From: Plasmodiophora brassicae
Lineage: Eukaryota
DNA: 64,000 nucleotides
Assembly (NCBI GenBank): GCA_036867785.1
Contig: CP145413.1
Span: 496,001 to 560,000, forward strand
Reading direction: 5' to 3'
Shown: one piece after another, positions 38,760 through 48,712 of the stretch
How the letters are laid out: each line of letters opens with the position of its first letter
Numbering within the stretch: position 1 is the first letter of the stretch
The notes under the pieces: generated by a model
Seen by the model: the letters and a program-made list of their open reading frames with translations, nothing else
Told to the model about the DNA's origin: nothing
Databases searched by the model: none
Position numbers and translations under genes: made by a program

Positions 38760-41586
38760 ATGGATGCTGCGCTGTCCAGATGGGGAACTCTGATCACGAG
38801 CAGCCGCGGGCGGCTTCTGGTGCCGATTGCATGCGCCATCGTCGTTGTTGTCTGTACGGTCAGCGTTGCCGTTGATGGCGCACAGCGTGTTCTCATAACG
38901 TGTATAGCGGCGTACTGGGCGGCACGCTTACCGGATTCCACAGAAGGTAATCATAGAACATGACGTGGCAGGATTGATTACCGGATCTGACCACGATGGT
39001 AGTGACGTTTGAACCGCCTCCGCAATCGCCGTCGGCAGAAGCGGAACAGGTCATCGCAGAGGCGTTCCCTTCCCTCGATCGTCAAATGGTTCTCGTCGTA
39101 CTTGCTACATCTCAGACGCCTGGAGTTACCGATCTGCAACCTGTGCAACAATTCCATGACCGTCTGGACGCGCTGGTCGTGTCCATGCCAGGCGTTCGGC
39201 TGACGGATTACTTTTCGATGTCCGCCAAGAGGCTTCCCCAATTGGCTAGCCGGATGGTTACCGATGACGGTCGCTCGACAATCTTCCTTGTGACCTATCG
39301 GGGGGAACCTAAACGGCATCTCGTCACTCGACGCGTACAGGCTCTGGTTGCAACGGCCTCGTCCCCGGTGGTCTCCTTCGGGTTAACTGGCGTCGATCCT
39401 CTCATCCAGTCAATTGTCGCCGACGCGACCGACGACCTTCTTCGGACAGACAGTGTGTCTCTTCCGATTGCACTCGTCCTGATGGCGTTTCTTATAGGCA
39501 GCGTACTGTTGCTGGCTCTACCGCTGATGTCGCTCGTGACAACGTTGTGCGTGTCGTTCTCCATCCTCTACGCCTTGACACACGTCACCGCCATCAGCTC
39601 CATCGTGCCACCTATCTCAATGTCCCTGATTGTCGCTCTATCCATCGACTATTCGCTGTTCCTCCTCGTGCGGTTCAAGGAAGAGATCTCAGAAGGAAAG
39701 ACATCACGTTCCGCAGCGTGTATATCACTGAGAACAGCCGGGCGCGCGATCGTTACTTCTGGATTGACGCTCGCAGCGTCCTTCGGGTCACTTTGCCTGT
39801 TCCGAGCGGAGCTGTTACGCTCGCTTGGGCTAAGCGCAGCCGTTGTCGTGGTCTGTACAGTCTTAGTCAACCTGACGCTGACGCCTGCTCTGCTCGCCTT
39901 AATCTGGCCGACCGTCGACCACGCTTCATGCGCCTGGAGCATGTTCAGACGTCCAGCGTCCAACAACGACACTGGCAGGATCTGGACGCGAATTGCAAAG
40001 ATGACAACGTCATCGAAGCTGTTAGCGCTGTTGAGCAGCACTGTTGTTCTCGTCGTCACGATTCCCGTTGCCGTCCGATCTTCCCAGGTTGTCACGACGA
40101 TCGATGCCTCGCAAATGTACCCGCGAGGCACGCCCGCATACAACACGCTCCAAGATCTCGGTACGCGATTCGGTGCAGGAGCCATTTCCCCATACCGCAT
40201 CGTCCAAACAGTGCCGCCGGGCGCCTCCATCTTCGGCGAAACGTGGTGGACAGAAGCGCAGAACCTCGTTCAGTCGATTGCGTTTCATCAAATCTGCGAC
40301 TCCAAAGGTCAGGGCTCGATGGTCAGCCCTGGTCATTCGCCACTGAATGGTCTCTGATTAGACATTGGCGCTGTGAGCGTTGTCCCGTCATTCGGCAACA
40401 TATCGTCTGAGCTAGCGCAAACCATAATTGCTCATCCAGACCTATTGCCTGGGGATCTTGGGCGCTCATACGCGTACGTCTTCAACGAGCTCGTGAACGA
40501 GAAGCGAACTGCTACGATAATCGAGCTACAGATCGCATTTGATCCTCTTGGCGATCGTGCGGCATCCTTGATCGCCGATGTACGATCGTTGCTGGTTGCC
40601 TACGAGAAACGCGGAAATGCTCGATACTACCTGACTGGCGGAGCCGTTCCCATTCTCGACACCATCGACGACGTGTTCAGGTTCGCTACATGCGCGCCAT
40701 GGGGACGACCGTTGTGCCTAAACGCTATGTCGTACAGCCACGTTCCCCATGCTGCGGTTTTCGTGGCCCTTCTCATTGTCGTGTTCCTGACGGTGGAGTT
40801 CCGGTCGGTCTTCGTGTCGGTTCGCGCGTCTGCTGGCATCGTCCTGTCCTTGTGCTGGGTGTTTGGCGTCGCAGTGGCTGTGATACAGTCCGGGTGGCTG
40901 GAGGCCCACTTTGAAGCCTATCGGGGAATCCGAGCGCTGTTCTGGTACCCAACGTTCACATTGTCGTTTCGCGCAAAGGTGCCGAATGAAACGTCGCTCA
41001 GGCTGACTCCGGTTCTCGTGGCGCCCGTCGTCGCCGGACTGGGCCTCGACTATGACATATTCCTGATGGAACGAATCGCCGAATATCGGGACCGCGGTCG
41101 TTCACATGCGGAATCGATTCGTCTTGCTGTTCTGAAAACAGGTTGGCAGAGGAACACGCCCTCAATGTATTGCGATCGTAACGTCGTGGTGAACGTGCCA
41201 ATAGGAAGTGTCATCTCTGGAGCCGGCCTGATCATGGCGGCCGCATTCTGCGGCCTGATGGCGTCCCGCATCGTGTCAGTGGCACAGATCGGGTTCATGC
41301 TAACCTGCGCGGTACGCCAACCCATCGTACATACGCCGCCGAGATTCGCGTCTCACCGCTGCGCCCAGGTTCTCGTCGACACCTTTGTCATCCGGGCATT
41401 CCTTGTCCCGTCCCTAATGTCCGTCCGCGTCGAGCACCCGATCACCGGCCGCCGTCTAATCACGATCCGCACAGGTTCCTCGCTGGCCAGGACATCGCCT
41501 GGTTTCCGTCAACAGTTCGCTGCTCGTCCAAGGCCGCACTGGCAATCGACGACGACCTCTACACGCCGTTGACGGCCGGTGCTTAA
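38760..41586 (+). CDS. MMPL-family (RND superfamily) lipid transporter with spliceosomal introns
   Basis: Two RND halves with ALSIDYSLFLLVRFKEE / TAGRAIVTSGLTLAASFGSL and GLGLDYDIFLMERIAEYR / GSVISGAGLIMAAAFCGL; VLVDTFVIRAFLVPSLM. Confidence 0.88.
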
Positions 41587-41717
41587 CGTCGCGCGTGCAT
41601 TGCCCCACACAGAACACACGTCATAACATACTGCTATCTCACCGGCTATAAACTAAACTCGGCACGTCGACCCCGACCGTTGCGGCGCCTCGCGGAACTC
41701 CGAACGACGACGTCGCG

Positions 41718-42552
41718 ATGCACCCGGACCGGCAGCGCCTAATAGCGTCGGCGCCGGCCTCTATCCCACACGACGAACTGCCCGCCGTGTCGTCGATCGT
41801 ACGCGGCCGGGTCGTGTCGATCAAGCAGTTCGGGGCGTTCGTTGGACTCGAAGGTCGTCACGGGCTGCAGGGCCTGGTGCACATCTCGGAATTGTCGCGG
41901 TCGCGCGTCGAATCCGTCAGCGACGTCGTCGAGGTCGGCGATTCCGTCTTCGTGAAAGTGCTGGAAGTGCGACCGGGGGCGCCACCGAAGCTGTCGCTGT
42001 CGATGAAGTATTGCGACCAAGGCACAGGAGCGGATCTGGATGCCAACGCGGTCGACTGGAGCGTGAAACGCGACCGCCAGAAACCGTTCGCGGGTCATGA
42101 ACCCCAGCCGTTGACTCTCGATGCTGTCCTCCACACAACCTGTGCAAGGTGGCCGAATGGGTTTCGCTTCGTACGTATTCGGTGTCGTCGATGCTGAAAG
42201 TTCGATCCACATAGGTGCGGCGTGAACGGTCACACCAAACAAGAATGCTATGCACCGCAAGACGGGGTACGATACGAACTTCTGCCTGAGGTATAACGAC
42301 GCCGCGCGCCTTGCCGTGTTTAATCTGATGGGCCGCCTTGGGCAGGTCGATGAATTCGAGTACGCGGCGGCGAGCAACGGGGCAGGGAAAGACGAGAAGC
42401 GGCGTCACGACCATCGCCACAAAACGCGTCGGCGTGAACCATCGAAACCCGATAAGCACAAGGTTGACAAGAAAAGGAAGCATCGGCACCGTTCGAGATC
42501 GCCCAAGAGGTCGAAGTCGAGCAGGAGGAGTCGATCTCGGGAGCGGGCGTGA
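41718..42552 (+). CDS. S1 RNA-binding plus CCHC zinc-knuckle protein (ZCCHC17/pNO40-like)
   Basis: GRVVSIKQFGAFV, GLVHISELS, LSLSMKYCDQGTGADLD; spliced CAR|CGVNGHTKQEC knuckle; K/R/S-rich tail. Confidence 0.85.
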
Positions 42553-44050
42553 ACGCAGTGATGAGTTCCGTCTGCGCCTGACGCCGTGTCACGAGTGATA
42601 AAGGCGCTCTCAGCATGGTGAAAGCAATACGTTGTGCAGGCGTCGGTACACGCACAACCAGCCCGTCCGACCACATCGTCACCAGTATCTACTTGACCGA
42701 CCTCGGTTACTATCGCGCACCAGTCGACCGGCCCCGATGGGACGACAAGGCAAGATTCGTCATCCACATGGATTGAGACCGCGGTCCGCTCTTCATGCGC
42801 GACAACGTCTTCAGGAACCTGATCTGAACGACCGTGACGAGCTTGCAGGCGTCAGCAGCGACAACTAGTGCGACACCGTTGTATAGCAGACCGAAGAGTC
42901 GTCCAGCGCTGCGACCAATAAAGTACGGACCATGCCTTCCGAACGACTGGATCGATGTCCTGCTCGAAACGGACACGGTCGACAAGGGGACCCGTCCCAA
43001 GCATCCGTCTGGAGACAGAGAGAGAACGGTCTGGGGTGGAGCGGATAAAGCGGTCGAGCGCATCTGTTGGGGCATATCAGCACCGCTTCGGCGTCAAACA
43101 GGAGCCGGTACTCCGGACGACGAGTGATGGCGTCCAACTCCCAATTCTGTAGCCGGGCCGGGCGATGTTGGATCATTAAAGTCGTTGCCTGCCATCCAAC
43201 GAACCTGTCGTCGATTACCGTTGTGGGTGGACATGAAATGTTCGACATTGAGGCCATGGATACCCAGTCGCAAAGTTCGTCTTCGGTCGCATCCTCGCCA
43301 TCGCCGACCCTGGCTGTGTTGACGTGTGCACTGCCAACGGGCCAAGCAGGGGGTAGAGTCCCCACACGACGCCATCTAGACGTCGGCACTGCGCTTGCTC
43401 TGGAGGTTTGCTTGGGCTCCCATACCGGGCCTGCATACGCGATTGAACGAATGGGTCCTCCGTCGTCCCGTTGCCCAGCGAATGATCCAGGTTCGCCTGC
43501 GACGACGTCTTGCGATCAGCGCCGACCGCGTCCGTGTCTGCGTCCCGCGTGATCGTCACGAAGCGATAGACGAACGAGAGTGGTGGGGATGGCGGCAGCA
43601 ACAATCTGTCTCGACAGCTGGCCATGTGCGCCGCCGATAGGCCCTGCCGGTGCAACGTTGGCGAGTCAGCCGACCATGAACCGGGCCTGCGACCGCCAAT
43701 CGCTCATCGACTCGTTGGCGAATACCTAACCGGTCGACGCTGACGCTGCCGACCGTCCGGGGTCCCGTCAATGTCCCGGCCGAGGCGGCGAATTCAGCTG
43801 ACCTGTACCGAAGCCGGTTCGACGCTTCCGCCAGTGTGCACGTCGCTCTACATTATATCGTATTCCCTAACGTCCTGGGATATTCGTCACGCGGGGCGAC
43901 TGGTCTAATCATCGTCCGATCCCCGTTGGGCGCGTAACGTGGACCACCAGTCGGCCAGTGACACGTGCCCTAGTGCTCATAGTGCTACCTGGACGTGTCT
44001 GGTACCACCGGCGTCGTCGCGTGATCCGACCAGGTCGTTCCAGGAGGGCG

Positions 44051-45172
44051 ATGGGCAACACACAGGCGACCCCGGCGACTGGCAGTGGAGACAGCACGAC
44101 GCGCACGAAGGCGTCGCGCTTCCGAAACTTCGTGGCGCGAATGGGCGCCTGCCTGTCGCCGCCGGATCTCCTCGATGTGGCCACCCTTACAGACGAGGTC
44201 CAGGCTTCTCGGCCGCCTGCTGTCTTCATGCCGCCTTCTGACGGTGAACGCAGATGGAGGCCCTTCGACAGCGCATTGATCAACTGGAGAGCAACGCCGC
44301 CAGCTCCACGTCGACGTCTGTGCCATCGCCACCTCCGTACGCGCGCCTGCACAGAGCAGGGCACGGTCGCCAGCACCTGACGAGGCCTTCACACAGGACG
44401 GCCCCAGGAGCGCCGTCGCCGCCCGCGCCCCCGTTAACGGTCCCTGACGATGGCAAACCGAACGAGGACAAGGCCACCGCAGGCGAGGCGTCGGTGGACC
44501 TGAGCCCGACAACGACGGCCGTCGTTGAACCCGGTAACGAACCGTGTGCCGTTCAGATTGACAGTACTGACATGTTGGCAGATGACGTCGCCCCCGTCGA
44601 TTTCTCGCGCGTCGATGGCCACTCCATCCAGGTTGTTCGCCCGCCACCGACGTCGATGCCGCCACAGGAGCACGTCCAGCCGGCCCGTCCCGAACAGGAT
44701 GGCGCTGCGAGTGCCGGCGACGATCCCGTACGTGCGACCAGGGCGCTTTGCTCACTCGACGTCGCTGACGGCGTCGTTTCCTCTGGTTTAGGCCAACGCG
44801 CTGTTGGACGACAGCCCCGCCCCGCTAGATGGTGCTGATGGGGAAACGCAGGAGCTCGCGGCGGGTGCTGATCGGGGCGCCGACCAGAGTCCGCTGGGAC
44901 CAGACCGCCGCATCTCGTTCGAGGACGTCTTCGTCGACGTGGATCGCGCGGCACACGACAACGACGTCGACTGGGTCGACCTCGGCAGGGTGCGCCAGAT
45001 CCCATCCAAGGCAAACGCTCGTCCGCTCACCTTCGACGACGTCCTGGCCATCATCGAAGTAGCCGTACGCGCCGATGATGCGATATGGGTTGATCTGGAT
45101 CGCGACGACGAAGCGGACGGCTTTGCGGACAGGGTCTTCGCGGATCTGATCGAATACAGTAATAACAATTAG
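44051..45172 (+). CDS. Orphan protein, palindrome copy A (~313-333 aa)
   Basis: MGNTQAT start; phase-0 GT-AG introns 44198-44253 and 44728-44791 (possible third 44337-44396) join the exons in frame through ...LIEYSNNN*. Confidence 0.7.
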
Positions 45173-45624
45173 AGCACGCTCCATATATGCGCCCTGCCGC
45201 CTGTTCACGGTGTCCGTTTGCATATACGTGTTGCCCATGATGTGCTCCGGTAGGGCACATCTTCAGGTGTGTTCTAGCTAGTACATCGCACAAAATTAGA
45301 CAATGGCCATCAGCGAGTTCGAACAGGGGGAGACCTGTATAGGTAGTGCTAGAAGCGACACTGATTTCGTGACCCAACATCGCCCGAGCCCGGTTGTGAC
45401 CGCCAAGCTGGAATCGGTCTACAGCGATGCCATCGCTGGACTACCTATGCAGGTTTCCCCAGTCACCGCTAGTTTGAACTCGCTGATGGCCATTGTCTAA
45501 TTTTGTGCGATGTACTAAACTAGAACACACCTGAAGATGTGCCCTACCGGAGCACATCATGGGCAACACGTCAATGCAAACGGACACCGTGAACAGGCGG
45601 CAGGGCGCATATATGGAGCGTGCT

Positions 45625-46746
45625 CTAATTGTTATTACTGTATTCGATCAGATCCGCGAAGACCCTGTCCGCAAAGCCGTCCGCTTCGTCGTCGCGATCC
45701 AGATCAACCCATATCGCATCATCGGCGCGTACGGCTACTTCGATGATGGCCAGGACGTCGTCGAAGGTGAGCGGACGAGCGTTTGCCTTGGATGGGATCT
45801 GGCGCACCCTGCCGAGGTCGACCCAGTCGACGTCGTTGTCGTGTGCCGCGCGATCCACGTCGACGAAGACGTCCTCGAACGAGATGCGGCGGTCTGGTCC
45901 CAGCGGACTCTGGTCGGCGCCCCGATCAGCACCCGCCGCGAGCTCCTGCGTTTCCCCATCAGCACCATCTAGCAGGGCGGGGCTGTCGTCCAACAGCGCG
46001 TTGGCCTAAACCAGAGAAAACGACGCCGTCAGCGACGTCGAGTGAGCAAAGCGCCCTGGTCGCACGTACGGGATCGCCGCCGGCACTCGCAGCGCCATCC
46101 TGTTCGGGACCAGCCGGCTGGGCGTGCTCCTGTGGTGGCATCGACGTCGGTGGCGGGCGAACGACCTGGATGGAGTGGCCATCGACGCGAGAGAAATCGA
46201 CGGGGGCGACGTCATCTGCCAACATGTCAGTACTGTCAATCTGAACGGCACACGGTTCGTTACCGGGTTCAACGACGGCCGTCGTTGTCGGGCTCAGGTC
46301 CACCGACGCCTCGCCTGCGGTGGCCTTGTCCTCGTTCGGTTTGCCATCGTCAGGGACCGTTAACGGCGGCGCGGGCGGCGACGGCTCTCCTGGGGCCGTC
46401 CTGTGTGAAGGCCTCGTCAGGTGCTGGCGACCGTGCCCTGCTCTGTGCAGGCGCGCGCACGGAGGTGACGATGGCACAGACGTCGACGTGGAGCTGGCGG
46501 CGTTGCTCTCCAGTTGATCAATGCGCTGTCGAAGGGCCTCCATCTGCGTTCACCGTCAGAAGGCGGCATGAAGACAGCAGACGGTCGAGAAGCCTGGACC
46601 TCGTCTGTAAGGGTGGCCACATCGAGGAGATCCGGCGGCGACAGGCAGGCGCCCAGCCGCACCACGAAGTTCCGGAAGCGGGACGCCTTCGTGCGCGGCG
46701 TGTTGTCTCCACTGCCAGTCGCCGGGGTCGCCTGTGTGTTGCCCAT
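45625..46746 (-). CDS. Orphan protein, palindrome copy B
   Basis: Mirror of copy A with intact ATG, splice sites and stop codon. Confidence 0.7.
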
Positions 46747-47216
46747 CGCCCTCCTGGAACGACCTGGTCGGATCACGCGACGACGCCGGTGGTACCAGAC
46801 ACGTCCAGGTAGCACTATGAGCACTAGGGCACGTGTCACTGGCCGACTGGTGGTCCACGTTACGCGCCCAACGGGGATCGGACGATGATTAGACCAGTCG
46901 CCCCGCGTGACGAATATCCCAGGACGTCAGGGGATACGATATATAGAGCGACGTGCACACTGGCGGAAGCGGCGGCCGGCTTCGGTACAGGTCAGCTGAA
47001 TTCGCCGCCTCGGCCGGGACAATGGTCGGGACCCTGGACGGGCGCCCCGGTCTGCTGCGTCGGAAGTCGGAACACTGAGCCTGGGTCGTTGCATATCCCG
47101 TGATTGTCGCTGAGGTGGTCCCATTGGCCACCCGCCGGATAAAACGAGGGGAACGGCGTCGGATTGCCGCGCCCCCTCCTCCCCCAGTTCTGTTTTCGCG
47201 TGTGACGTGAGCGACC

Positions 47217-47777
47217 ATGTGGAGGCGCGCGGCGCGTGCTGGCACGTCATGGAGCGTGCGCGCGATGTCGAACACGAAGACGTCGACGAACGTGACGGGC
47301 GTGCCCGTCGTGCCGAACGCGCGCGAGGTCCTGCTGGGGCTCTACGCCCGCACGCTCGAAGACGTCAAGGTCCGATATTCTGAGCGTGTGCGCGCCCCCC
47401 CGGTGACGACGTTGTACCAACCGTGACGGCAAAGGTCATCCCCGAGCACGCCGGGTATCGTCAGAGCGTGGAGAGCTTCACGAAGTTCCGCATGCAGGTC
47501 TGCCAGGAGAACGAAGACTGTGCCATCATCGAGGACGTACGTATGCCCGTTCCCGATTGTTTGCGGCCCTGACCATCGGACCCAGCTGATCAACGACGGC
47601 ATTGTCGAGGAGCTCATCGAGCAGGCCGAGAACGAGCTGAAGCTCATCCCGCAGATGGCGGAATGGAAACCCTGGGAGACGCCCGAGGGCTTCCAGGAGC
47701 CGACGGTCACGATCACCGGCGCCGACGACGACGACAACGAGACCGTTCCAGGTGCGCCGCCGTCGCACGCCAAGTAA
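47217..47777 (+). CDS. NDUFA5: NADH dehydrogenase 1 alpha subcomplex subunit 5
   Basis: KTSTNVTGVPVVPNAREVLLGLYARTL, YRQSVESFT, GIVEELIEQAENELKLIPQMAEWKPWE; two introns. Confidence 0.93.
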
Positions 47778-47987
47778 CTCGAACCGGCGCGCGCCCGCCC
47801 GCTCGAATACACACACTGCTTGGCGCCATCGTATGCGGGCCTGCCTGACGTGTCTGGCAGCGTCCACCTTTCTGTTGGGACCAGAGAAAGGTGCGACGGT
47901 GTTGCCGTTGGGTGCGAAGAGAGTTGCGCGACGGGTCGCAGTGGGTAGTTGTCGGTCGGCGCGTAACGTCGCGGTTGGTGTGTGTCG

Positions 47988-48554
47988 ATGGCGCACTTCA
48001 TTCATCCGGATCGCCTGAGCCGGCACCCGGCCGCCCAGCAGCAGCTGGAGCGGGAGCGGGACAAGCCGTCGGCGCCGCTCCAGCAGCAGCGGCGCAGCTC
48101 GCGCGATGAGCACGACCATCGCGGGCGGTACGCCGATCGGCGCGAGCGGGAATCGTACCGGCGGCCGGCGAAGCGGCCCGCCGTGCGGATCGACCGCGAG
48201 AAGGTCTGCCCGTTGCTGCTGCGCGTGTTCGTCAAGGAGAACGCGGCGATGAACGCGGCGGATTTCGATTTCCCGCTCGGCGACCTGACGCCCGGCGAGC
48301 TCCAGATCTACACGTGGCGCGACGCGACGCTCCTCGAGCTGATCGAGGCGATCCGCAGCGCGACGCCCGCCGCGCGCCGCACGTCCGCCAAGATCGACAT
48401 TGCGTTCGCGTACCCGAGCAGCAGGGAGGGCGGCATGGTCGTGAAGACCGTCGGGTCGGTGTACACCGGGCGGAAGGGCCCCGACGACAACATGACGCTC
48501 GACGACCTGAAGTTCGAGATCGGCGACTTCCTCGCCGTCTCCGTCTTCACCTGA
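47988..48554 (+). CDS. SAP18: Sin3-associated polypeptide 18
   Basis: IDREKVCPLLLRVF, ELQIYTWRDATLLEL, DDNMTLDDLKFEIGDFLAVSV. Confidence 0.95.
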   Translation: MAHFIHPDRLSRHPAAQQQLERERDKPSAPLQQQRRSSRDEHDHRGRYADRRERESYRRPAKRPAVRIDREKVCPLLLRVFVKENAAMNAADFDFPLGDLTPGELQIYTWRDATLLELIEAIRSATPAARRTSAKIDIAFAYPSSREGGMVVKTVGSVYTGRKGPDDNMTLDDLKFEIGDFLAVSVFT

Positions 48555-48712
48555 CGGGCGCCTCCTAACCGTACTATACACCAATCAGCGGTATTCGTCG
48601 GGCGCTGGCTCGTCACGTCGCACTCACCCTGCCTAGATTGAGCGATTCGTCAGTGATATCTGCCCTGGCAGCCGCCTGTTCGTCGATATCTGACCAATCA
48701 CCCGGGGGCGTC

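Larger units (their letters stand above)
43753..47041. repeat. Large inverted repeat (palindrome): arms ~43753-45347 and ~45440-47041, 92-bp spacer
   Basis: Arms are reverse complements about an axis near 45398; mirrored ORF pairs in the ORF track; scattered substitutions and small indels. Confidence 0.97.

Noticed and set aside
42700-43700. Possible minus-strand gene between the S1 gene and the palindrome
   Set aside because: Several short ORFs but no consistent spliced model or motif could be supported
43753-47041. Palindrome as a foldback/DNA transposon or a pure sequencing fold-back artefact
   Set aside because: No transposase, subrepeats or TSD seen; arms differ by substitutions and indels and have a unique spacer. 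An artefact is unlikely but needs read-level confirmation
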